Below, one piece after another: positions 36,736 through 46,429 of a DNA stretch of 64,000 nucleotides. The position numbers and the translations under genes were made by a program. A model generated the notes under the pieces. It worked only from the letters and a program-made list of their open reading frames with translations. It had not been told where the DNA came from and did not search any database. Location: assembly GCA_000146465.1 (NCBI GenBank), contig CP001945.1. One strand, given 5' to 3'. The stretch's first letter is position 1. Each line of letters starts with the position of its first letter.

Positions 36736-39700
36736 ATGGGGAGTTTGTTTGGATCCCCGATGCTCAAGAAGATCCTTCTGAGGGCACTAAACAAGTTTCT
36801 TGGGAACTATGTAGAGAACATAGACAAACATCAGTTTGAGCTTGGAATATTCAAGGGATATGTGTCTGTATCCAACCTGAGAATCAAATCTTCTGTCATT
36901 TCGAGGCTGTTTGAGGGAAGGGTTGTGTCGAACTCGATAGGGACACTGCGAGTTCTTGTGCCTTGGAAGAGCTTTTCTAGAAAACCTATTGAAATATATG
37001 TAAAGGATGTTGACATCAAGCTTGGGAAGGCTGGGTTCTGCTGGTGCTTTCTTGATGAGAAGCTGTGTACAGAGTGTGTTGAGTACGAGAAATATGAGTT
37101 TATGACCAAGCTTGACAAGCTTAGTGTTCTGTCTGATGCTCGAGAGGACAACTCTACGCTTTTTAAGGATCTGATTGCTGGAGATGGATTCAGGGTCTTG
37201 ATTGAGAATGTAAATGTAGAATATGTAAGTGGAGCATCAATTGCTCTTCGGGTGCAGAAAGTGGAGTTCAATAAGAAAACCAAAGGAGAAGTGAAGAACA
37301 TGAAGATCTTCGATGCTGTGGGGATAGAAGTGGTTGGGGCATCGAAGGTTCTAGGCCCATTCGACATCTACAGCAAGATAAAGATGTTACCTAAAGATAT
37401 AAACCCAAGAATTGAAGTATCTCTTAATGACTTTCACGTGGAGGTGAAGCAGCAGATTGCTGAGGAGATTCTTAGGGGGGCCAGAGAATATGCCGAGGAC
37501 AGGGTACGATGGACATTGTTCAGAAGCTATCTAGAATACAGAGAGATACTAAGGACGGCTAGAGAGATGAACCTATGGAAGGACCAGGAAGATCCGGCAA
37601 GCTCGGACAGAAGTGTTGCAATGGAGATATGGAAGAGATTGATAAGACTGCAGAAAAAAGCTATGGAGTCCAAAGGCGTTGTTCTGGAGGAGATACCTGG
37701 GATAATATCAAAGATAAAGGAATACAGGGAAATCTTAGGCCGTTCGGGCCTATCCTTCAAGGAAGTAGAAAGAAAGAAGAGATGTGAAAGGGAGATTTGC
37801 TTGGAACGGTTATTGAAAGTAAAGAGAAGTTTGAGCGAGGTCTCGGAAAAGAAGTCGTGGAAGAACATCCTGTCGTTTATGAAAGAAGAAGCGAACAATA
37901 AAAGAACATCAATGATCATTCCAGCAACATTTAGTGTAGGGGAAGCTACGGTTGTGATTATTGACGAAAAGCACCAAGGATTCAAAATAGTCGTTCCCAA
38001 GACAAGAGTAGGAGTTAAAGATCTACTTTCTCCGTCCAGGCTGGATTTTAAGGGAGACAAATGGAGGCTGTATTTTATTGATGCTAGACTCAACGAACGT
38101 GATCCTCATAGCGAGTTGATTTCTCTTCTATTAGATGTAAGAGGCACGCTTATCCAGGATGGGGCCGGGCTGTATGTAAAGGGAATAGCTAAGGAATGGA
38201 AGGTGCTTGGGTATAGAAGAGAGCTTCCTCACTGCTTCGAAGGCTTTATGAGGTTAGTGAAAAGGTCTTATGTTCCTTCCTATGGATTGGCGGCTCCTAG
38301 AGGGAAAACCCGAGCAGATTTTAAGGTAGATATAGTTTCTATGGAGTCTGATCTGGAGAGATTTGTTAAGATCGAGCCGTCTAGTAGGTATGGGATCGAA
38401 TGTGCAGGGATGGTTCTTTCATATGTAAACGATGAGATCAATACAAAGAGGGCTGCATCACTAACGATATCGTCTTCCTTTGTTTACCGGGTTAATTCTG
38501 TGTCCAAAGAAAGAGAGGCTCTTTCAAACAAGATTGAGACAACGGTTCTGCTTGTTGACAATGTGTTTTATGTGAAGACGTCGATGGTGGATCTCTATGC
38601 ACATGGAGTATATCCTAATGACTTTAGAGGAAACGGAGTAGTGTTTCCTGTTGGTTTTGTTGTCCCAAACTTCGAGGTATGTTCTGATGCAATAAGGATC
38701 AATGGGCCTGACGGAAGAGCAGAACTCCAACGGATCAAGATGTCGGGAAATGGAGGAAGTATATTTGATATGGAGATTTTTAAAGGAAAAGTATTGGACT
38801 CCAATGGAAAGACAATGTGCCGGATTCCCAGGATGAAGATCGAGGCCAGAATTGGAAGGGCTCTTCTTTTGGATGTTGTGTATCTAAAGATATGCGGGAG
38901 AGCTAGAAGGATTGCAAGATTGGCACGGGGAATGACGTGGATGGCAAATGGAGAAGTGTCTACGAAAGTTATTGCAAGAATTAAAAGAATAGAAGGGGAC
39001 ATAAGGTGCAAAGGATCTATCTTAAGAATTATTGTAGATGAGTATTTCCAAGGCCTTGCGAAAAGTGTCCGAGCTGTTTTGAATGAGAGTATTATAAATA
39101 TCGAGAACTTTGAAGCCGGAGAAGAATTTGGATGGAAGTCTGCAGTGCTAACAATAAGAAAGGAGGATCTCAAGAACTTGGATGGATTTGGAAGGATATT
39201 CAAGAAAATAGGAAGTAGGTCGAGTGCCTTCAAAGCCTCTGCTGGAGGTCTGGTGATTAAGCTGCTTAATGGAGGGGAGATAGAAATAGAGAGTCTTCGG
39301 ATTTTCCGAGACGAGGGAGGTATGATTATCTATCCTTTTGAAGTTAAGGTCTTCAACACAGGTGATTCCTCAACCTCAGCAGACAGTAGGAAAAGAGAAG
39401 TGGAGATGTGTATTAGCAAAATTGAGATATCAGATACTAAAGCAACTATTGAGGGAAGTATCAAAGGAGAGATAAATGAGGAAACCCTTATCAAAATAAA
39501 GGATGGGATAAAAGAGATTCCAATCCCATCGGGGGGATCCTTAGAGACGGTTGTCTTACTTGATATATCTCTTAGTATGGTGATATCTGGAAATCCACTG
39601 AAAATAGCATGTCCTTTGACTCTTTGGCAAAAAGCGGATGAATACGAAATCACTTTGCAACAGATAGAGATTGCATCGGGAGACGGACAAAACACAAATC

Positions 39701-42700
39701 TATTTGAAGTCCACGCCAAGGGAGCAGATGGGGTATTAAGACTATCGGTAAGCAAGATGGAAATCCACATTGAACCTTTCAGGCTTGCTTCAATACTTTA
39801 TCCTCTTGTTCACGGGACTGGGGACACGGACTTTGTGAAAAAGGTAGAAGTGGATATAGAAGAGATATTTGCGAAGACCAAAAGCATAGATGGCATAAGA
39901 ATGAGGAATGTCAGATATAGAGATGAACTACTTCTACAGTTTTCTGTTTTAGATGAGCCCGGGAGTAAGGTAGCATACAAAAGAGTGAATGGATCGGAGA
40001 GCTATCTTCTTTCTGTGATCGGAGGAAGTTACGAGTTGAGTTCTTTGGCTGCTCTTGTTTCCTTCTGTTCATCTGAATATATGCAGATATACTCGAAGTT
40101 TGGAATTCAGGTTTCCAGGGCTCGGCTCCATGTGTTGTGTATGGACCTTAAGGTGTTACTAGGCGATGCTCTGTTTGCCCTTCGGATCAATCTTCCTATT
40201 GTATATTTCGATATGGAAGATCTAAACTCCTTTAAAGGAAGGGCTCTTTGCTCACTAGACGTCTATGATTCAAATTCTATGGAATTTATTCCCTTTATTG
40301 AAGAAAATGTGCTTCTAGCAAGGAAATACGGAACCTTCTTGGATGTAAGAACGCTTACAAAATTAAGGATTCTGTATTTGGACGAAATCACAAGCACAAT
40401 CTGGAGTCTCTTTGCATCGGAAGAAACAGGAATAACGATGTTTGGGAAGCCTTTCCGTAACAAAGTTAGCATAAGAAACATCACGGACACAGTGCTATGG
40501 GTCAAGACTAAAAGATATGCTGGGAGAGTCGGGAAAGGACAATTCCACGAGTTTGATGTAGACTATGACGAGCATAGAATTCAAATTGGAAAGGATGAAG
40601 CATGTGCCTTGGTTTATATTGTCAACAGCTGTTCTACCTCCTTTGTTTCTGAAGGGAAGAGTTTTGTTATAGAAGTGACATACGATGGAAAACTAAGGGG
40701 CATAACAATTACACATGTCTTGTCGTTCCTTAATCTCTGTGATATTGAGTTGATGGGGAAGATGGACTACCTTGATGGGTCTGCTTTGGAGCTGCATATG
40801 CTCCCTGAGTTCCACCATACAATTCCACAAGAGAAAGACTTCTTTCTGGAGATAGGCATGCATGGAAAGTATGTTTCTGCCGGAAAGATAAATGTCAGTT
40901 CGGCTCCGAAGGATGCAACCTCCACCTTTGGAATGATATGCAAGCTGGGCTTAGTAGAAATAGGGATCGACACGGTTGTTAGAAATGCAGGGTCTGTTTC
41001 TTGTGTTGTGATAATTCTCTATCCAATTTTTGAAGTGATGAATAGAACAGCATCCGTATTGAACTTAATCCTCTCTGTTGGAAAAGACAATACTCCTGGT
41101 GGGGAAAGTGAAACTCAAAAAAAGAACATTCCGCTTTCGGTCGATAGAGATTGTAAAGAAGACATATATGGGATTAGCTTTTCTGAGCTTCCTCTTCTCT
41201 ATGTGCAGAGTCTTGGAAGTCGAGCTACTGCCAGGGCGTTTGAAAATAAGGCATCCATCGAAATCAACTCCCATTACTCTGGAGAAATAAGAAAGGAGCA
41301 GGCTGAGATAATATCTTTTTTCGGAAGGCATACTCTTGCACATCGGATCAGAATGGTAATATATTCCCCTATGGTGATTATAAACCACCTTGGAAATGAT
41401 ATCTGGATAAATGGAGCCCGGTTTGGGCCAGGACCTTCATGCTCCAACCGGCTGAAGGATATACACAGCTTGGCTGTTGGGGAATATAGTATTGAGGAAT
41501 CCGTGGAGGTCGGAAAGAAGTTTACCAAAGCCTTTATTCTGAAGAAAAGGGGTTTTAAAGGCCACAAGACCTGGAAATCTCATGAAGGCCAGGAATGGTC
41601 CAATGAAGCCATATTTGGAGGATTTGGGCCTAAAACGGGAATACAACCAAGTTGCATCCGTCTTCTACTAGAGTTTGGGGAGGATCAAGGTAGAAGAATA
41701 ATTGAGTGCAAGTACACCTACCTGATTAGAAATCAATCCCAAATGAGACTTCTGGCTGTATCGGAGCATGTATGTTACTATGTGGAACCCCATGAAGAGG
41801 TACCTCTCAATACATCCACAAATGGATTCTATCTGTTCATTGCAGATTCAGTGAATATTAGATCCCCAAGGCTTTCTGGAGTGTTTATTCCATTGGACAT
41901 TAAGATAAGGAAATACTTTAAGCTTCAAGGTTCCGATGCCATTTTGTTCAGCGTGAGCAAAGTCACGGACTCTGGACAGCATGTATTTGGGATAAGAACT
42001 GAAAAATATTGGCCTTATACGATACACAATGGGATAGATGTTGGTCTGAGATTCAGCCAGAAATATGATACTATTGAGCATTATGTGGAAAAGGGATCTG
42101 TTTATAGATATGCGCCAGACAGTCTGATGCTTGATCCAGAGATACTATTGTGCATTGAAGATCAAATAATTCAGGTAAACCTTAACGAGGATCAGGTCTT
42201 ACTTGTTCATGGAATTACAGTGTCCATATCCCAGGGAAGTACTACAAGGGTTGTTCGGGTTTCCAGAGGGGAGATCTCTAGTAGTGAGTGTAGGATTTGT
42301 TTAGGAATAGTAATTGACAGCTTATCTATATCGTTGGTGAATAAGGAAGGGAATGAGGTTTTATGCAGCCATATAGAAGGCCTGGAGATTGGAGCAGAAT
42401 GTATTTCAAGAGAAGCTGGAATTCCAGAGTTGATGGCTCATCCAAAATATGTGGAATTTGTAATTCAAGGAACAGCTGAAAGCATTCAGGTGGATAATCA
42501 GAGCTTATTCTGTGCATTTCCAGTGGTTTTCCATCCTCTTGACAAGTATTTGAGGATAGAAACCGAAAGAAGAAATAGAAAGAAACTTCTTGTATTTGAT
42601 TTTACATTTGGGAGTTCGGCACAGAATGTCTCCGTATCAAATCTGTACTTCAAAACAGAGGCCTTTGCACTGAACATTGAAGAAAACCTGGCCAAGAGCA

Positions 42701-43857
42701 TTAGGGAGATGTTTCTTAGGAAAAAAGAGAGAGAGGTAAAAAGCTACGAAAAAAACCTAAGAATCCAGAATCTAAAGATGGAGAGAATGGGTGCAAAGGT
42801 GAATTTCCTCAAGGATATAGAATCTGGTTTTGTTTCCAATGTTGTGGGATTATTTATCAACAACATAAGTGACTTCTCTTTGGAAATAGATGGGATGAAG
42901 GAAACATGCTTGTATACGACTTTCCAAGAGCTTGAAGATCTTCTGGCTTCTTTCTACTTATCTCAGCTTCAGAAAAATCTCTACAAGGTTCTTACGCACT
43001 TGGACTTTATGGGAAACATAGGAAGTTTCACCGAGTCTGTATCCATAGGAATTAAGGATCTTCTTACCGAGCCTTCCTTGAACTCCAATGTAGCTTGTGG
43101 AATCTTCAAGGGAGGAAAGAGTTTCTTGAAGAACACCATTTATGGTGTTTCTAACACAGTTGGAAAATTCTCTAAAAGCATAGGAACAAGTGCTAAGTTC
43201 ATTGGATGCAGTGCGGATCCTAAACACGAAAAATTCCGCCATTCCTATGCACGTGATATGCATCTTCTTATACCCCGGGCTAGACATTCAAAAGGTCCAA
43301 TGACATCTATACTCAAAGGAACAGGAAATCTTTTTGACTCGATAACGCGTGGAATGGTGGGGATAGCAACTTCTCCTGTGGAAGGAGCCTCAAATGGTGT
43401 TGCTGGTGTTGTGAAGGGATTGGGAAAAGGAGTCCTTGGTGCCTTTGCCGGACCGATCGCAGAAGTTGCCGACCTTGTAACTAATATTTCTGACACCATA
43501 AAGACGTCCATGAATGGAAGAGTCAAAAGGATCCAATATCCAAGGCCCGCAGGATTCCTTGGATGGTACGATGAGGGATTGAGCCAAGGCTTCTATATAT
43601 TTATGTCTATGGCCGGGAAAGTTCATGAAGAAGAAAGGTTTGTGGATGGGACATTTGGGGATTTTAACGGAAGATGCCAGCTGGTTTTGACAACAAGAAG
43701 ACTACTAATATCAGATACTACCACTATTCTTGACGTGTGCTTAGGAAGTATAGTTGTTGAAGGAGACGATCGAAAGTTAAAAATCGGAGAGTTCATCATG
43801 TCCATCGAAAGGCCCTCATTTGTTGCTTCCGTGAAGTCAATAATTGAAAGATGTTGA
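36736..43857 (+). CDS. VPS13: VPS13-family bridge-like lipid-transfer protein, reduced to 2373 aa.
   Basis: The N-terminal chorein-N motif KKILLRALNKFLGNYVENIDKHQFELGIFKGYVSVSNLRIKSSVIS...GTLRVLVPWKSF aligns with VPS13 ([43 protein letters not shown]...GKVTLQIPF). The single uninterrupted ORF is very long. Confidence 0.8.
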   Translation: MGSLFGSPMLKKILLRALNKFLGNYVENIDKHQFELGIFKGYVSVSNLRIKSSVISRLFEGRVVSNSIGTLRVLVPWKSFSRKPIEIYVKDVDIKLGKAGFCWCFLDEKLCTECVEYEKYEFMTKLDKLSVLSDAREDNSTLFKDLIAGDGFRVLIENVNVEYVSGASIALRVQKVEFNKKTKGEVKNMKIFDAVGIEVVGASKVLGPFDIYSKIKMLPKDINPRIEVSLNDFHVEVKQQIAEEILRGAREYAEDRVRWTLFRSYLEYREILRTAREMNLWKDQEDPASSDRSVAMEIWKRLIRLQKKAMESKGVVLEEIPGIISKIKEYREILGRSGLSFKEVERKKRCEREICLERLLKVKRSLSEVSEKKSWKNILSFMKEEANNKRTSMIIPATFSVGEATVVIIDEKHQGFKIVVPKTRVGVKDLLSPSRLDFKGDKWRLYFIDARLNERDPHSELISLLLDVRGTLIQDGAGLYVKGIAKEWKVLGYRRELPHCFEGFMRLVKRSYVPSYGLAAPRGKTRADFKVDIVSMESDLERFVKIEPSSRYGIECAGMVLSYVNDEINTKRAASLTISSSFVYRVNSVSKEREALSNKIETTVLLVDNVFYVKTSMVDLYAHGVYPNDFRGNGVVFPVGFVVPNFEVCSDAIRINGPDGRAELQRIKMSGNGGSIFDMEIFKGKVLDSNGKTMCRIPRMKIEARIGRALLLDVVYLKICGRARRIARLARGMTWMANGEVSTKVIARIKRIEGDIRCKGSILRIIVDEYFQGLAKSVRAVLNESIINIENFEAGEEFGWKSAVLTIRKEDLKNLDGFGRIFKKIGSRSSAFKASAGGLVIKLLNGGEIEIESLRIFRDEGGMIIYPFEVKVFNTGDSSTSADSRKREVEMCISKIEISDTKATIEGSIKGEINEETLIKIKDGIKEIPIPSGGSLETVVLLDISLSMVISGNPLKIACPLTLWQKADEYEITLQQIEIASGDGQNTNLFEVHAKGADGVLRLSVSKMEIHIEPFRLASILYPLVHGTGDTDFVKKVEVDIEEIFAKTKSIDGIRMRNVRYRDELLLQFSVLDEPGSKVAYKRVNGSESYLLSVIGGSYELSSLAALVSFCSSEYMQIYSKFGIQVSRARLHVLCMDLKVLLGDALFALRINLPIVYFDMEDLNSFKGRALCSLDVYDSNSMEFIPFIEENVLLARKYGTFLDVRTLTKLRILYLDEITSTIWSLFASEETGITMFGKPFRNKVSIRNITDTVLWVKTKRYAGRVGKGQFHEFDVDYDEHRIQIGKDEACALVYIVNSCSTSFVSEGKSFVIEVTYDGKLRGITITHVLSFLNLCDIELMGKMDYLDGSALELHMLPEFHHTIPQEKDFFLEIGMHGKYVSAGKINVSSAPKDATSTFGMICKLGLVEIGIDTVVRNAGSVSCVVIILYPIFEVMNRTASVLNLILSVGKDNTPGGESETQKKNIPLSVDRDCKEDIYGISFSELPLLYVQSLGSRATARAFENKASIEINSHYSGEIRKEQAEIISFFGRHTLAHRIRMVIYSPMVIINHLGNDIWINGARFGPGPSCSNRLKDIHSLAVGEYSIEESVEVGKKFTKAFILKKRGFKGHKTWKSHEGQEWSNEAIFGGFGPKTGIQPSCIRLLLEFGEDQGRRIIECKYTYLIRNQSQMRLLAVSEHVCYYVEPHEEVPLNTSTNGFYLFIADSVNIRSPRLSGVFIPLDIKIRKYFKLQGSDAILFSVSKVTDSGQHVFGIRTEKYWPYTIHNGIDVGLRFSQKYDTIEHYVEKGSVYRYAPDSLMLDPEILLCIEDQIIQVNLNEDQVLLVHGITVSISQGSTTRVVRVSRGEISSSECRICLGIVIDSLSISLVNKEGNEVLCSHIEGLEIGAECISREAGIPELMAHPKYVEFVIQGTAESIQVDNQSLFCAFPVVFHPLDKYLRIETERRNRKKLLVFDFTFGSSAQNVSVSNLYFKTEAFALNIEENLAKSIREMFLRKKEREVKSYEKNLRIQNLKMERMGAKVNFLKDIESGFVSNVVGLFINNISDFSLEIDGMKETCLYTTFQELEDLLASFYLSQLQKNLYKVLTHLDFMGNIGSFTESVSIGIKDLLTEPSLNSNVACGIFKGGKSFLKNTIYGVSNTVGKFSKSIGTSAKFIGCSADPKHEKFRHSYARDMHLLIPRARHSKGPMTSILKGTGNLFDSITRGMVGIATSPVEGASNGVAGVVKGLGKGVLGAFAGPIAEVADLVTNISDTIKTSMNGRVKRIQYPRPAGFLGWYDEGLSQGFYIFMSMAGKVHEEERFVDGTFGDFNGRCQLVLTTRRLLISDTTTILDVCLGSIVVEGDDRKLKIGEFIMSIERPSFVASVKSIIERC

Positions 43858-43943
43858 CAGACATCAGATATGCAGTGTAAAAAACCAAAGATCTAATAAA
43901 ATTTTATCATTAATAAATGCATATGGCTCTGCCATGATGTCTT

Positions 43944-44849
43944 CTACAAGAAATAGTCAGGGATTCTGGTGGAGACAAGGGTTTCGATCTTTGTAGGTGA
44001 GGGCTCAAACTGAGTAAAGCTGTATGTTCCATATTCATCCATTTCCATGAGCGTGGCTAAATTCCCACACCTATAGCAGTAATTTGGGGCACTAAATATG
44101 GTGACGCATCCCTTTTCATGGCTCCAATTGAATCCATTCATCACAAGCTGATGTGCCCTGCATATCATCTTCAATCCATTTCTCTCATTAAATGCATCTG
44201 TTATATCCTTTCCAAATGTAAATCCTGCACCTCGAGGAGAAGGCCCCCATCCAAGTTTTTCATCTGGGTCGGACCAGAGGAGATCACACATAGGGCCTTC
44301 GTGTGGAATCTCAACCTTCCTATCGATAGCCTTCAACTGGTCCAGTGTGTCAAACGATGGACTCAATCCCCCATGGCAGCAGAACGTGTCGTTCCCAACA
44401 ACAGCTGCAACAGGCAGGAAATCAAAGAGGTCTGTAAAGTATCTCCACACAAGAGATGTTCCATACTTTCTGACACATTCATCATAGAACCCATACACTT
44501 GAGTTATTTGCCTACTTTCATGGTTTCCCCTAAGTAGCCATACCCTATCAGGATATTTCACCTTTAAACATAGCAAAATGGAGATTGTTTCAACCGAATG
44601 GTATCCTCTATCTACATAGTCTCCCATAAATAAGTAATTTGTATATGGCGGAAGGCCTCCAACCTTGAACAATTCCATAAGATCGTAGAACTGCCCGTGG
44701 ACATCTCCGCATATTGTTACCGGTGCCTTGACACTAACAACATTTTCTTCCTTCATCAACATTTCAGTTGCCTTTTCACACAGGTCCTTTACCTCTGCCT
44801 CCGTTAGTAAATTACATTTGAATAGCTTCTCAAGATAGCTCTCGATCAT
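43944..44849 (-). CDS. Serine/threonine protein phosphatase 2A-family catalytic subunit.
   Basis: Motifs [49 protein letters not shown], the [11 protein letters not shown] region and the C-terminal DYFL are characteristic of the PP2A, PP4 and PP6 catalytic subunits. Confidence 0.9.
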   Translation of the reverse strand: MIESYLEKLFKCNLLTEAEVKDLCEKATEMLMKEENVVSVKAPVTICGDVHGQFYDLMELFKVGGLPPYTNYLFMGDYVDRGYHSVETISILLCLKVKYPDRVWLLRGNHESRQITQVYGFYDECVRKYGTSLVWRYFTDLFDFLPVAAVVGNDTFCCHGGLSPSFDTLDQLKAIDRKVEIPHEGPMCDLLWSDPDEKLGWGPSPRGAGFTFGKDITDAFNERNGLKMICRAHQLVMNGFNWSHEKGCVTIFSAPNYCYRCGNLATLMEMDEYGTYSFTQFEPSPTKIETLVSTRIPDYFL

Positions 44850-45103
44850 TTCTTTCCCCTTCAGGGTCTAAATATTTTTTCTGTTTCATCTTCGCACTTC
44901 GGCCTCCGATGCCTGCTAAGGTTCAAACAGCAACTTTCTCCACATCCACAGAAACCCGGAGGTAGCATCTGAACCATAAGCCATATCAAAGGTAATTCAA
45001 AAATGCAATCCTTTTGCTATGATTGGCTTCATTAATTTAAATTCTGTAAATGACTTTTTAATATTCAACCTTTGCTAAACACACCCTCAGGAACCTGCAT
45101 CGT

Positions 45104-45901
45104 ATGACAAATAGCTCAGCCTTCACTTCAAGCGACAACGAACAATACTCTACAGCAGTAGATAAAATGCATATCAAGCCTTTTTATGAAATACTCTGGT
45201 CTTCCAGTGACAACATCGAGCTTGAGGACTTGGGAAACGACCCTTTTGTGGATAATAGTGTCTTTGATTCGATTGGAATCTCCCACCTAAGACCATCAGG
45301 GAAGGAAGGAAAGTGCAAGGAGAAAGGCATGTGGACGTCTCTGCATGGGGTCCGGAATCAAAACAGAGCCTCCCCTGCACCCGTTGCGGGAAGGCATCTC
45401 ATAGATTTTTGGAAAGACTTCAGCAATGGTGAGGTTTTTTCTCTTCCCACTCTTGGACCTGGAAAAAGTGACAGCATCCAGAGGATTTCCGTTGATGTTG
45501 CTAAACAGGTTGTCGAAGGGATGTATAACATAGATTACTTGGTGATCGATTGCAGATTCCCATACGAGTATCAAGGAGGACACATAAGAAACGCGGTAAA
45601 CATAAGCTCCGCCAGGGAGTTGGGGATCCTCTTTCGGAAGCCTAAGGTTTTAATCTTCCACTGCGAATTCTCATCCATAAGAGCCCCGAAACTTGCTCAG
45701 TATCTTCGGAACATGGACAGGATGAAGAACCCATATCCTCTCCTGACCATTCCTGAGGTGTATGTCATGGAAGGGGGATACAGGAAGTTTTACAGCAAGT
45801 ATCCAAGCCTATGTGATCCAAAAGGATACATAACAATGGGCAGTCTTGGCTATAGAGATCTGTATAAAAAAAACAAATTTAGATCAAATAAACGATACTA
45901 A
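45104..45901 (+). CDS. CDC25: Cdc25-type dual-specificity phosphatase (rhodanese fold), an M-phase inducer.
   Basis: The sequence IDCRFPYEYQGGHIRNAVNI...VLIFHCEFSSIRAPKLAQYLRNMDRMKNPYPLLTIPEVYVMEGGYRKFY matches the Cdc25 catalytic domain ([21 protein letters not shown]...[46 protein letters not shown]), including the active-site CX5R motif HCEFSSIR. Confidence 0.8.
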   Translation: MTNSSAFTSSDNEQYSTAVDKMHIKPFYEILWSSSDNIELEDLGNDPFVDNSVFDSIGISHLRPSGKEGKCKEKGMWTSLHGVRNQNRASPAPVAGRHLIDFWKDFSNGEVFSLPTLGPGKSDSIQRISVDVAKQVVEGMYNIDYLVIDCRFPYEYQGGHIRNAVNISSARELGILFRKPKVLIFHCEFSSIRAPKLAQYLRNMDRMKNPYPLLTIPEVYVMEGGYRKFYSKYPSLCDPKGYITMGSLGYRDLYKKNKFRSNKRY

Positions 45902-46057
45902 TTGCTCATCTTTGTATAAAACTTCCGCAATCCATTGTCCTTAAGAAATAACACAAGCAGAGTTTATTACTGTTTCAACCTTCTCGAACCAATTCTCCTC
46001 TAGAATTCTAAACGTGTTCTCAGAAAACAGATAAAAGAAACATATCTCCAAGGCTAA

Positions 46058-46330
46058 ATGAAAAACTGGATCCTATTAGCTTTGAGAGCATGTAGAGCAA
46101 TATCTCCAGAGCCAGGGACAGCAGTAAACAACGTGCTCGAGAACTGGAGCCTGGATTTCGATGAGTATGTAGAGAAAAATATACAAGCTGGAAGAAATAA
46201 GGAAGGAATTGTTAGGTACTCCAGCAAATGCTCTGGAAACGACTGCAACTCCGAGAAGACAGGATGTGCTGATAACCTTTGCAAAAGTAAGCCAGGGAAG
46301 TTTTCGTATAGATATGATCTTTTAACTTAG
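46058..46330 (+). CDS. Possible small secreted, Cys-containing protein of 90 aa.
   Basis: The only sizeable ORF in the largest noncoding gap of the window (45902..46429). It has a hydrophobic N-terminus (MKNWILLALRACRAIS) and a four-cysteine cluster with C-x4-C / C-x4-C spacing (CSGNDCNSEKTGCADNLC). There is no homology evidence, so it could be a chance ORF. Confidence 0.2.
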   Translation: MKNWILLALRACRAISPEPGTAVNNVLENWSLDFDEYVEKNIQAGRNKEGIVRYSSKCSGNDCNSEKTGCADNLCKSKPGKFSYRYDLLT

Positions 46331-46429
46331 TTTTCTCTCAATAATAACTCCTTATTCTAAAGTCCCATTTGCTGAATTTCACTAACCGCCACCCCAAACT
46401 TCTATAGAGAATTTTAGTAATACCCTCCA

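Noticed and set aside
36831-43805. Numerous 60-210-aa ORFs antisense to or out of frame within VPS13. Examples are 36831-37367, 37527-38093, 38595-39233, 39330-39770 and 42958-43526.
   Set aside because: They lie wholly inside a strongly supported 7-kb coding frame and have low-complexity, serine- and leucine-rich translations with no motifs. These are typical chance ORFs on the non-coding strand.
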